Shown one piece after another: positions 19,053-29,300 of a stretch of 64,000 nt of DNA. The DNA comes from an uncultured Candidatus Poseidoniales archaeon (GTDB lineage Archaea; Thermoplasmatota; Poseidoniia; Poseidoniales; Poseidoniaceae), in assembly GCA_964587885.1 (NCBI GenBank), contig CAZPME010000003.1:40996-104995 (forward strand). Direction: 5' to 3'. A model generated the notes under the pieces. It was not told the origin of the DNA and made no database searches. It was given only the letters and a program-made list of their open reading frames with translations. The first letter of the stretch is position 1. Every line of letters begins with the position of its first letter. A program made the translations under genes and the position numbers.

Positions 19053-20681
19053 TCACTTACCCCAACGGCGAATCATTTGCATGAGTTCCCTCAATTCTTT
19101 TTCATCGTAGTTGCGGTTCTGGCTTTGCGCCAGCTCCACTAAGCGAGGGTCTCGAATCATCGAAAGCACCTCGGCTGGAGTTTTCAAAACCATCTGGTCT
19201 CGGGTCAAATCGTAGAATAATCTTACCTTGTTTATCAAGGCTTCACGGACTCGCATCTGGTATTTGCTTGAATCAATCTTAATTGGACGTTCACGGAATC
19301 GAGTCAAATCAAATACGTGACGCCAATTTTCCTTTTCTGGAACAACCATGATGGCAATACTAAGCAAAGCCATTAGATTGAGGACAATTAACCACTTGAG
19401 CCAAACATCTGAGGTCAAGAGTACAATGGCACCCATTGCTTCAGTAAAGGGAGCAGAAAGTGAACCTGTTACGTGACGGCTCTCGTCAAAGACAATGTAA
19501 AACTCGTCATTAAATAGGCGAACTGTATTAGAAATTTCTTCATTATCGTGCTCCATCATATCGCTAATTAATGCTATGAAAAAAGCACTATTGCCCTTCC
19601 AAGTAGTATCAGTAGCAGGATTCAAGCCATCGGCCCCACCATTCCAGCATGAACCCTTACGGTCAGCATAGAATTCCTCAACACAATGGTCGGGATGACC
19701 AGTACGCTCAGCAGTATCTCGATCCCAAAGGAAGTTGGCGAATACATCGTCATTTGCTACAAAAACGATACTGCCAGTAACACTAATCTCATCTTCGCGC
19801 TCTCCGAGTACTTTGTCGGTAGTCTTGATTCCAGGGTAATCAATTCGAATTATCAATTCAGTCTCACCTGGTCCTAATTGCCCGTTTCCAGTGTCAAGAT
19901 TTGCAGTCCCCATCTCATCTAGGAATGAAGATGTAGAAGCGTGAGCAAGAACGTAGGCATTACGACTCAATTCAGGGTCTTCTGGATCCTCAGCCTGTAG
20001 AATTTGCATCGCTGTGGTCTGGCGGAACAAGACTGGCGAGCGACACTTATGCATTTGGCTAAGTGGTGAGCCAGAAGTGGCTAACATTTCCGAGGTACAA
20101 CCAACAGTACGAGAAGCGGCATCCATATCACGAACATCACTATTTATTGAGGACAAGGCCCAAAGATTTCGCATATCGGTGCCTTGCTTATTGGTCGGCT
20201 CATTTGGTGTGTGAGTCTCGTAATGATTTAGATCGTCAAGAACTGGCGCAGTGAAATAAGATACTCCGAATTTGGCCGCCACTCTTTGAGCATTAGATGA
20301 ATCGGAAGCCAAAATTACCTTGCCACCATGCTTGGTGACGAATTCGTGAATAGCAGTAGCTTCAGCATCATCGAATGGTTTCTCTGGTGAAATCATCACC
20401 AACAGAGTTCTATGTGGTTCACGCCAATCGTTTACCAACATCGGTGTAGACATTGTATTGGCGACGGTGTAAAGTGCACCATCATCTCCCAAATCTCCTG
20501 CCATCAAATTGATTTGTTGATATTGATAATCACCCTCGGCATCAGTGATGTAAGCACTGTAAACTGGGTTCTTGTCAGCACTAACTACTACGATAAGAAC
20601 AGTAGACAATAAAAGCGCCACTACAAAGCCTACTAGAAGCCATGTCTCCAGACGAATCTTGCCCTCTTTCTCTTCTACCAT
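19053..20681 (-). CDS. DUF4350-like extracytoplasmic domain membrane protein (first gene of the MoxR operon)
   Basis: N-terminal TM; LLVMISPEKPF..AEATAIHEFV..GGKVILASD; GSIVFVANDDVFAN; IVFDESRH followed by a TM, typical of DUF4350 proteins upstream of moxR. Confidence 0.75.
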   Translation of the reverse strand: MVEEKEGKIRLETWLLVGFVVALLLSTVLIVVVSADKNPVYSAYITDAEGDYQYQQINLMAGDLGDDGALYTVANTMSTPMLVNDWREPHRTLLVMISPEKPFDDAEATAIHEFVTKHGGKVILASDSSNAQRVAAKFGVSYFTAPVLDDLNHYETHTPNEPTNKQGTDMRNLWALSSINSDVRDMDAASRTVGCTSEMLATSGSPLSQMHKCRSPVLFRQTTAMQILQAEDPEDPELSRNAYVLAHASTSSFLDEMGTANLDTGNGQLGPGETELIIRIDYPGIKTTDKVLGEREDEISVTGSIVFVANDDVFANFLWDRDTAERTGHPDHCVEEFYADRKGSCWNGGADGLNPATDTTWKGNSAFFIALISDMMEHDNEEISNTVRLFNDEFYIVFDESRHVTGSLSAPFTEAMGAIVLLTSDVWLKWLIVLNLMALLSIAIMVVPEKENWRHVFDLTRFRERPIKIDSSKYQMRVREALINKVRLFYDLTRDQMVLKTPAEVLSMIRDPRLVELAQSQNRNYDEKELRELMQMIRRWGK

Positions 20682-20872
20682 CCCATTCCCTCTAATGCGA
20701 GTTCAGCCGATAACCTACCAGACAACGTTCCTGCGATTCTCAAGGGCTTGATATATGTTCCCCGAAATTGCACAATTAGCGCCGATATGGTAAGTTGGAA
20801 TATGGTGAATAAATCAAACCGTAATTGTATGTATTCTAACGTAATTACTTACATCACCAATTTAAAAATTAC

Positions 20873-21856
20873 TCACCTCAAAATGGATTGGCGGCGACTG
20901 ACAAATGCAGCAAACAAAATAATCATTAATGTGTAATACATACTGAGAAAAGGAACATAACCTGTGGTAATCTCTGACCCATCATCTCCATCTCCGGTTC
21001 CCGATTGGTTAGAATCACCATTGGAATCTCCCGCACCACCACTATTTTCTGAAGATTCGCTAGACTTTATCTCAACTTCTTGGGTAGAAATTGAAGTTCC
21101 ACCACCACCATCGGAAACTACTGCGATTTCAATTGTGCATTTTTTGCTCGGATGACTAGAAGCTGGAGAAAGGGTGATTTCGGTTGTAGTCTCAGGGTTT
21201 TTGGATCCGTCGTGTTCCGAATCGACGACTAAGTTGTCTAAGTTATCAATACCGCTCAAACTCAATTGTGGGCAACCATTGGCGATTAACGTAGGCGATA
21301 CAACCTTATCGCGCATATTTCCATTATTGGTTAATATGACTTCCATAGTAGTAGTTGAGCCAGCGGTAACGGTGAAGCCGAGGTCAACTAGTTCAACTTG
21401 TAAATCAGCGATACGTGGAATTTCTATTTGCCCTTCAAGTCGTGAGTTCTGAGGGTCAACCGTAACATCGCTACCATCAATTGGGCTAGCACGAGTTGCT
21501 ATAACTGCAAAATCACCAAGGGTTCCAGCAAGATGGTCGAGTACAGTAACGTTTTCAACTTCAATTTCAGTAGTAGTATTTGATTGGGCGCCGATGTTGA
21601 TTGTTTCAGGCATATCGATTGAAGCATTCAACTCAGCTTCAAAATCCAAGTTTATCTCAATCGGAAATGGATCATTATTTTCGGCCCAAAATTCTAGAAG
21701 CAATTTACCATTTTCACTTAGTTTCCATGGACCTTCGCCAAATTCTTCTTCCCAACCAATGCTCCAACCTGTATCAGGTCCATCTTGTGCCATTGCTGGA
21801 AGTGGAAATATACTTATCAATAGCACGATTGTGAGCAATAGGTTCATGTTTTTCAT
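20873..21856 (-). CDS. Secreted/surface protein with Ig-like domains, Ser/Gly/Asp linker and C-terminal sorting-like anchor
   Basis: Signal peptide MKNMNLLLTIVLLISIFPLPAMA; LTNNGNMRD Ig-fold motif; linker SSESSENSGGAGDSNGDSNQSGTGDGDDGS; tail VPFLS-TM-RR. Start overlaps the FAD-subunit stop (ATGA). Confidence 0.75.
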   Translation of the reverse strand: MKNMNLLLTIVLLISIFPLPAMAQDGPDTGWSIGWEEEFGEGPWKLSENGKLLLEFWAENNDPFPIEINLDFEAELNASIDMPETINIGAQSNTTTEIEVENVTVLDHLAGTLGDFAVIATRASPIDGSDVTVDPQNSRLEGQIEIPRIADLQVELVDLGFTVTAGSTTTMEVILTNNGNMRDKVVSPTLIANGCPQLSLSGIDNLDNLVVDSEHDGSKNPETTTEITLSPASSHPSKKCTIEIAVVSDGGGGTSISTQEVEIKSSESSENSGGAGDSNGDSNQSGTGDGDDGSEITTGYVPFLSMYYTLMIILFAAFVSRRQSILR

Positions 21857-22848
21857 ATGTATTCCCCACTATTCATTTGTCGTAGTGCTCGCTGACACAA
21901 AACCTTGGTCATCTTCTTCCGGTAATTAGGGGGGAAAGCGGTATTATTCACAGGCTTAACGGTCATTTGTATCGCTTCAGATAAAGAAATAATGCTTTTC
22001 TCCCCTTCCCAGCCTTGATTCATTACAGAAGCGACTTCGGTTTCATGAAGGCGCGGGATTGATTCAAGGGCAGTGGTTGCGACTCGTAATTCTGCAAGGC
22101 TGCCATCGGCATTTTTCCGCCACGCTACTGCGACCCCAGCCTCGGGAAAATCCCAAGACTCGCGTAGACTTAATTTTTGATACGAACCATGCCACTGGTC
22201 GGCGTCTTCAGGCAAAGTAACCTTGACCACCATTTCACCCCGTTGCAAGACATTACGAGTGATGCCATCAAGTTGAAAAAACTTGCTTATCGGCATTTGT
22301 CTCTCACCTTCGGGACCAGCCAAATGGATTGTTGCATTCAGTACCATTAATGTCGGTGCAATATCAGCTTGGTAAGTGGCGACACATAATTCGTTTTGAT
22401 TTGGAATAACTCGGCAATCAGCCGATGTTCCGCAATCACATTTGAGGCACCAGTCTATACTGGAACGCCAATCCTCTCCTTGATTAAACCAAAAACATCG
22501 AGTGTCGAGGCAAATATTACCACCCAAAGTTGCGTTATTGCGAATTAGACTACTGGCTACTTGACCAGCAGCAGAGGCAATCAACGGATGAGTCTCATCC
22601 GCTTGCGAAATTGTAGAAAGGCGTACCATTGCACCGATTTCAGTTGCGCTATTCACCGCCAAATCGGCGACATTGGAAAGCGAGATAACATCGTTTTTGG
22701 GATTCAAATGCCATTTGTAATTAGGCAACAAATCGGTTCCCCCCGCAATCCAATCGCTATCCTTGCCTTGAGAAAAAAGGTCTGCGGAGATTTGCACCGC
22801 TTCAGCAACTGTGGTCGGTGAGTGGAGATTGAATGGTGGACTGCGCAT
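21853..22848 (-). CDS. hcrB: Xanthine dehydrogenase-family FAD-binding subunit, 4-hydroxybenzoyl-CoA reductase beta (HcrB)-like with Cys-rich [4Fe-4S] insert
   Basis: AGGTDLLPN, IRNNATLGGNIC, insert CLDTRCFWFNQGEDWRSSIDWCLKCDCGTSADCRVIPNQNELCVATYQAD, YQKLSLRESWDFP. Confidence 0.75.
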   Translation of the reverse strand: MRSPPFNLHSPTTVAEAVQISADLFSQGKDSDWIAGGTDLLPNYKWHLNPKNDVISLSNVADLAVNSATEIGAMVRLSTISQADETHPLIASAAGQVASSLIRNNATLGGNICLDTRCFWFNQGEDWRSSIDWCLKCDCGTSADCRVIPNQNELCVATYQADIAPTLMVLNATIHLAGPEGERQMPISKFFQLDGITRNVLQRGEMVVKVTLPEDADQWHGSYQKLSLRESWDFPEAGVAVAWRKNADGSLAELRVATTALESIPRLHETEVASVMNQGWEGEKSIISLSEAIQMTVKPVNNTAFPPNYRKKMTKVLCQRALRQMNSGEYI

Positions 22849-22850
22849 TT

Positions 22851-25616
22851 CTATTCCTCTCTATGTCGTCTTTCAATATGCTTCCATGCACTTCCTGCAG
22901 GACGAGGGGATGAGAGGTAATCCTCACTTGGAGTAACCGAAATTACCCAATCATCCACTTGCGATTCTGGAACTTCAGTAGGCTCAAGCCCGAATAAAGC
23001 ACCATTGTGATAGGGTGCACGTTCAGAATTGAGTTTACGCTTGTTGTCGCGTTGTCCATGGGAGTTAGCACGCGCCACCAATTTATCCTGCAATTCGCTA
23101 TATTGAAGGCTTGGATTAGGCAATTGCAATGGTCCTGTTAACCCCTCCGACTTTACCTTGCGCTCAATTTTCTTGTACAATCGATCTGGTGTAACCGGTA
23201 ACTCATCAACTCTTATTCCACTGGCGTCATATATCGCATTTACAACCGCTGGAAGGATTGGTAGTAGAGGGCCTTCGCCGGCTTCTTTTGCACCAAATGG
23301 ACCCTCTGGATCATTTGATTCTACGATAATAGGGGTAACTTTGGGCATCTCATGTATTGTCGGGATTTTGTATTCTAACAAGTTCGCATTACGCAGATTT
23401 CCACTCCGCCCATAGACCATCTCTTCACTGAGAACTTGCCCCATCCCCATATGACACGAACCGATGATTTGGCCTTCGACTGCAAGCGGGTTGAGCGCCC
23501 GACCACAATCATGTGCAGCCCAAACTTCAACCACTTTAGTTTGACCAGTTTCAACATCAACCTCAACTTCAGCAACATAGGCCGAAAAAGAATAGGCTGG
23601 TGCTAGACCTGCAGCCGCACCTTTGTGAGTATTGCCCATCGGGGGGGTGCGATATGCACCGGATGAAACCAAGGCACCGATATCTTCCTGTGCCTTGTGT
23701 AGTGCTTCTAGATACGATACTCCTACCGCAGGGTCATTGCGAGCATAGATTCGACGGTCGCCGATAACCAATGAATCACTTGAAGCAGAAGTGATTTCGG
23801 CTGCAGCCTCGATTAATGATGAACGTATTTTCATCGCCGCCGAAATCGCTGCGTTGGCATTCATGAAAGTGACACGACTACTGTATGAGCCAAGGTCAAC
23901 TGGAGAAGTATCACTTTCGCGACTTCGAACTCGAATCATCTCAATTGGAAGCCCGAGCACTTCGGCAACACTCTGGGCAACTACAGTATCAGAGCCTTGA
24001 CCAATGTCGGCAGCTCCAGTGTGAACGGTAACTCCACCATCCATGTCTATTTTCAAATGAACAGTCGCATGAGGGAATTTATTCGGGTCCCAATGAATGG
24101 GTAATCCACTACCTGAAATGAAAAATCCACACCCAATACCGATACCTCTACCCAAAGGCATTTTGCGAAATTTGTCTTCCCAACCACTGGCCTCTCGAAC
24201 CCTTTCCAAACACTCTCGCATTCCAATACTTGTGATGCGAAATCCGGTAATCGTAGCCGAATGTGGAGGAAGGAGATTAGCCAAACGAAAGGCAATAGGA
24301 TCAACCTGTAATTGGTCACAAATATCATCGATGCCTGATTCGACTGCACAGCGGCTATTTACCGCACCATGACCGCGCATTGCCCCAGAAGCGGGCTTAT
24401 TTGTCCACACTCTGGCACCAGTATAGTGGAAGGCTCCCAATTCATAGGGAGCGGTATGCAATACTCCATTGTAATATGTGGTTACATGTCCGAAACTTGC
24501 AAAGGCCCCGCCATCAATTAGAGCATCGGTCTCAATTCCGCATAACCGACCTTCAACATCCGCGTGTAAGACCATTTCAAGGCGCGAAGGATGACGACCC
24601 CGATTGGTCCAAAATACTTCTTCGCGATCGAATGTAATGCGAACCGGTTTACCAGTTTCACGCGCCATTATTGCGGCACACATTTCGTGAGGGAATGGAT
24701 CGGATTTTCCACCAAATCCACCACCGACGAAAGTCCGAAAAACATTGATTTGATGCATAGGGATCTCAAGCACATCAGCGAGCGAACGATGCACATAATG
24801 TGGCACTTGTTGAGGTGTATACAGAGTCAAACGACCATTAGGGTCCCAATAACCAACCACTGCATGAGGTTCGGTAAAACCATGATTTACTCCTGCAAAT
24901 TTCCATTTCGCACTAGAAGTGGCCGCTGAATCGCGCATCGAATCAATGCGACCGAATTCCTGGAACACTCGCTTTTGCACATTCGACTCACCGATGTGAT
25001 ACTTACCTCGGTCATGGATTGGATTGGCACTATCCTCAATGGCCTTCGTCATATTGTGAACCGGATCCAAGAGTTCATAATCGACTTTGATTAGGCGTAA
25101 TGCTTCGAGGGCTGTCGCCTCATCAACCGCCGCTACTGCGGCGACTAAATCGCCGACATGACGCACTTTCTCAACCGCTAATGCGTGCTCATCTTTAGTG
25201 ACTGGCAACACTCCGAAGACCTTGTCATGACCTTGCCCCGTTAGTACATATTCAACACCGTCTAACGCTTTGGCAGCAGTAGTATCAATGCTACGAATTT
25301 TGGCATAGTGATGCGGGGAGCGTAGAATACGGCCAATCAATTCACCAGAAAGGCGGATGTCGTCACCGTATTGGGCTTGTCCGGTTACTTTCCAGCGACC
25401 ATCAACCAAAGGAATGCGGCGACCAATACTACTGCTGGTCAATAATTCATCATGGCGATTTGGTCCTCGTGGTTGAGCGCGGTTTCCACCTTGACTCTCT
25501 GGGATGTAATCCATGTCACGCAATTCACTGAACTGCCTACTACCCCCACTACCCGGCTTTTTGAACGGAAGTTTACCGGGTTGTTGGCGATACCCTTTCA
25601 TCTGTTCATTGCCCAT
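22851..25616 (-). CDS. hcrA: Xanthine dehydrogenase-family molybdopterin-binding subunit, 4-hydroxybenzoyl-CoA reductase alpha (HcrA)-like
   Basis: PLVDGRWKVTGQAQY, QVPHYVH, VGGGFGGK, AMRGHG, PHATVHLKIDMDGG, GAADIGQGSDT, GSYSSRVTF, PFGAKEAGEGP. Confidence 0.75.
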   Translation of the reverse strand: MGNEQMKGYRQQPGKLPFKKPGSGGSRQFSELRDMDYIPESQGGNRAQPRGPNRHDELLTSSSIGRRIPLVDGRWKVTGQAQYGDDIRLSGELIGRILRSPHHYAKIRSIDTTAAKALDGVEYVLTGQGHDKVFGVLPVTKDEHALAVEKVRHVGDLVAAVAAVDEATALEALRLIKVDYELLDPVHNMTKAIEDSANPIHDRGKYHIGESNVQKRVFQEFGRIDSMRDSAATSSAKWKFAGVNHGFTEPHAVVGYWDPNGRLTLYTPQQVPHYVHRSLADVLEIPMHQINVFRTFVGGGFGGKSDPFPHEMCAAIMARETGKPVRITFDREEVFWTNRGRHPSRLEMVLHADVEGRLCGIETDALIDGGAFASFGHVTTYYNGVLHTAPYELGAFHYTGARVWTNKPASGAMRGHGAVNSRCAVESGIDDICDQLQVDPIAFRLANLLPPHSATITGFRITSIGMRECLERVREASGWEDKFRKMPLGRGIGIGCGFFISGSGLPIHWDPNKFPHATVHLKIDMDGGVTVHTGAADIGQGSDTVVAQSVAEVLGLPIEMIRVRSRESDTSPVDLGSYSSRVTFMNANAAISAAMKIRSSLIEAAAEITSASSDSLVIGDRRIYARNDPAVGVSYLEALHKAQEDIGALVSSGAYRTPPMGNTHKGAAAGLAPAYSFSAYVAEVEVDVETGQTKVVEVWAAHDCGRALNPLAVEGQIIGSCHMGMGQVLSEEMVYGRSGNLRNANLLEYKIPTIHEMPKVTPIIVESNDPEGPFGAKEAGEGPLLPILPAVVNAIYDASGIRVDELPVTPDRLYKKIERKVKSEGLTGPLQLPNPSLQYSELQDKLVARANSHGQRDNKRKLNSERAPYHNGALFGLEPTEVPESQVDDWVISVTPSEDYLSSPRPAGSAWKHIERRHREE

Positions 25617-25625
25617 TGCTACACC

Positions 25626-26204
25626 TCAGATATTCTCGCCGCCAAACCCGGTATGAGGATCTGCCTGAGCAGTAGTTCCATCCTTGCGAGCATTCTCATC
25701 ACGAAGTAATTCTGCGGCAGCTTGCACTGATTCTACTATTTGCTGATATCCAGTACAGCGACATAAATTACCATCTAATGCTGATTTCACTTCTGCATCG
25801 GTTGGGGAATCATTCAAATCGAGTAGAGCAGAACTGGAGAGCAGGAATCCAGGGGTGCAAAAACCACATTGGCTCCCACCGCATTCAGTAAACATTTCTT
25901 GAATCGGATGAAGGTGATGGCCCTCAGCAAGTCCTTCAACAGTAGTTATTTCTTGGCCTGCAACCTGGCCGGCCAAGGTAAGACAAGAAAGGCGTGGAAC
26001 GCCATCGATTAGAACAGTACAGCAGCCGCAAGTCCCCATATCACATCCTCTCTTTACTCCCAATGTACCAACTTGGTCTCGCAAAACATCGAGCAATACT
26101 GCACATGATTCAATCTCAATTGCTAGAGCCTGACCATTGACCAAAGCCGACCAATTGTTCCTAGGTGCAGAGGGTATCATCGAAACGTGTTCAACTCCAA
26201 CCAT
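25626..26204 (-). CDS. hcrC: Xanthine dehydrogenase-family 2x[2Fe-2S] subunit (HcrC/CoxS-like)
   Basis: GCDMGTCGCCTV...SC and QCGFCTPG...GNLCRCTGY motifs; SD GGTGAGG upstream. Confidence 0.8.
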   Translation of the reverse strand: MVGVEHVSMIPSAPRNNWSALVNGQALAIEIESCAVLLDVLRDQVGTLGVKRGCDMGTCGCCTVLIDGVPRLSCLTLAGQVAGQEITTVEGLAEGHHLHPIQEMFTECGGSQCGFCTPGFLLSSSALLDLNDSPTDAEVKSALDGNLCRCTGYQQIVESVQAAAELLRDENARKDGTTAQADPHTGFGGENI

Positions 26205-26254
26205 TCGCCCTCACCATATCCTTCGTAGAGAATACCCTTCTTCATGCTTCGCCC

Positions 26255-26271
26255 TAGACCCTTCGGGTCTA
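26255..26271. promoter_or_regulatory. Inverted repeat TAGACCC-N3-GGGTCTA in the divergent intergenic region; possible operator or hairpin
   Basis: Perfect 7-bp arms between the hcrC-like gene (minus) and the giant membrane protein gene (plus). Confidence 0.35.
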
Positions 26272-26368
26272 TTGGGGTGAAGTGGTGATTTTCAAAGACC
26301 CGTTGAATTATGCCTCACAATATGTATTTCGCTCGTTGCTTTAAGTGCCTAATGCACTAGGGCTTCAC

Positions 26369-29300
26369 ATGAGTCAGCCGCCACCAAGAAAATCTTCTGC
26401 ACCTCCTAGAGAGAATACATCAGCAGAAACCATAGTAATTGGTAATAGCAACAATATGCCGATTAGTGGGGCTCAGCGTCTTGGTCAATTGTGGCTTTGG
26501 GGGGTCGCGATTCTCGCGATTTGGAGTGGTTTGTTTACCATCGCATACTCACAAGGAGATTCCAATAATCGCTTTGCATTGCTCGGCCTAGGCGGGATAA
26601 TATCTGGCCTAGTATTCTTCGTCAGCGTCGATATGCAAAGGCGCAAGCATGGGGTCATTACCGATCTTCACGATTACATGATGGCGATGAGTTTCTTCTT
26701 TACCGCAGCCGGAATGTTCTGGGGAGTTCGCTATGCAGTTGCTCTGTTCTCAAGTGTTGATTTCACCTACTTCATCCACCCCGATCGTCCTTTCACTGGG
26801 ATGTCTTCGGTTGGATGGTACCCTAATGCCAATGCAATCTATGCTCAGGCCGCAGCTGCGGCATTATTAGCAGCATTGCAATGGCTATATCTGAAACCCA
26901 TGCAAAATGACGAACGCAACACAACTACAGTGAGTTGGTTTGTGGTCTGTATTACCCCTTTTGCACTTCTATTGGTTGGATTGGGAACTTGGGTCGATTG
27001 GTCGGATGGCTTTGTCAGTTACGAAATCGGCGTTGCCATGGTAACCCTCAGTTCAATTGCAATGATGTTATCAGTTGAAAGTAATAACAATCTCGTCTTT
27101 GCAATTACTGCCAATGTCGCTTCATTCATGACACTGATTTACGAAATTGTCCACTCCCCACCCAGCGGTTCTTCAAGTGGGGGGGCATTGTCCCTAATGG
27201 CCTTCATTATCATCGCCCAAGGACTACTGGCGGCCTCACCAAAACTGGAACGAAAAATGGTCGAAAAAGCCAGCATGGGACTCGTTTTCGCCGCTCTAAT
27301 TGCGATGATTTTTGCTGTTTCAACAGAGATGACTCTGCATCTTGGCCCGTCTAAATTTTCCGCAACCGATTCATATCTCACATTGCCAACGATGATTTGG
27401 ATCACTCTTCTTGTCGCCTATTTACCCGCAGTCCACGATAATCGAATCCCGTGGATGCCGATCGGATTGGCTGGTGCATTGGTTCTCTTACCCGACCCCT
27501 CAAACATTATTCCATGGAGCATTTGCTTGGTGATGATTCCATACATGTTATGGAATAAAAAGACCCGGGAATGGGTGGCGAACTGGACCTTTGGATTATT
27601 TGCCGCTTCATTCTTTGTTGTCGGCTGGCTAACATGGATACGTAGTGTCGAAGGAGATGCTGATACGTGGACGGCATTCCCTCAATATTTTGATCTGATT
27701 ATCGCCATTGTCATTATCGCAGTAGGTGAATTAGCCTCAAGGAATGCTAAACTCAACCGCAATGTATTCCGCTTTGCACTCTTTTGTGTAGTCGGTTCAC
27801 CGGCAACAATGATTGCTAATGATTCATTGATGCCATGGTTGGTCGCCTTGTACCTTCTCGGCTCGGTTATCATTGAACAGCAAGAGTACGATGAGAATGG
27901 TGGTTTCGCCGCACGTAAAGATATGTCACTCACTATGGCAACCAGTTTGACCTTAACTGTAATCTTGGCTATGTTAGGGCGTCTTTCTTTGAGTGACACC
28001 CCTTTAGCAGCTATTGAAAGTCAATTGATGGGCTTCAATCTCCTATTAGCGATAATTGCTGTGACCTATTTCGTTGTCGGCAGTAGAATGTCTCATGCTG
28101 AATTTGACCTCGGAATAATGCTGAAAATGATATCCAAAAATGCTGCCCAATCTGCTTCATTTGACCCTACCACTGGAACGTGGGTTGTCGATGAAAAAGA
28201 ATTCGACGAAATCGAAGAGGCCTTGGAATCATCTTGGGGTCAAATCGCTCGTTTCAGCCTCTTTGGTCCTCTAATCTTGTTCACAACGGCTATGGTGTCG
28301 ATACAAAACTCAGAATTAAGCGACAATCCATTTTTGATGCTTCTTTTTGCTATTCCTGTTGGCGTACTGGTAAGAGAGGTCTTACAAGTCGAAGGAGCAG
28401 GAAGTCGTGAACGGGCTGTCGGCGTATGGTCGATGGTGGCGATTTCATTACCTTTGAGTTTCAAAATGGATGATATCGGATTCTCAACTGCAGCAATATT
28501 TTTCGACCTGATAATGATTAACGGTCCGTTAATTGTCCACTTTGTATTACTGAAGCGTGGATTAGCAGAAAAGCAAGAGTTGTCGAAAAGTGCTGATGAT
28601 TGGACCTTACTGGGTATGGTCGCACTCGGAATGCTAGATGCAACAGGAGGTTTGGCACTAACAGTGATGTTTGCTATCGTATTGTGGCGTGCTATTTTGC
28701 ACCGTAGCAAAGTAGCATTGTATGCCCTGCCATTGATGTGGCTATTTTTCCCATCACGACTTGACAAATCTGATAATATCTTGAATCTAATATTGTCCGA
28801 ATTAGGTTCTTTTGGTGACACCTTGCTAGGAACTGAGAGGATACTGGAAATACCCTACGTGCGTTATGCTGGATTGATGTGGCTTATCTATGCTGCATTG
28901 GCGCTCGGTAAATCGGCAGGGGATGTGCAACTGCGAAAGCGTAGCGATGAGGAAATTGAGACATTACCATTCATCTATCCGGGAATCTTCCTGTTTTTGG
29001 GCCTTGATCTACTCCTCGTGCAAGACGCATGGTTGCTGTGTGCCGTCACGACGATATTGCTACTATTCGGTTGGAGTTCTGGCCGTATGGAAGGTTTCTC
29101 TTTCGCACCACCAGCCTACTTCTTTTCATTCCTTATCGGCTTTGATTCTGAGGGTTATTCCGGTTTTGAATTGTTTAGTATTAGTTGCTTTGGCTCTGGT
29201 TTAGTGAGTTTTGCCTTATGGATTGCCGCAAACAAAGGATTGCTCTATCGGTGGGCGAAAGAAACCATAACTGCTGCTGAATTAAATGAAGGAGTAGATA

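Noticed and set aside
18721-19142. Cys/Trp/Arg-rich and Gly/Ala-rich + strand ORFs
   Set aside because: Antisense products of the Pro/Ala repeat in moxR.
22851-25616. Aerobic CO dehydrogenase (CoxL) call for the Mo subunit, given the S-L-M order and nearby MoxR/XdhC
   Set aside because: The active-site loop is AMRGHG, not AYxCSFR (form I) or AYxGAGR (form II), and the FAD subunit has an HcrB-type FeS insert absent from CoxM.
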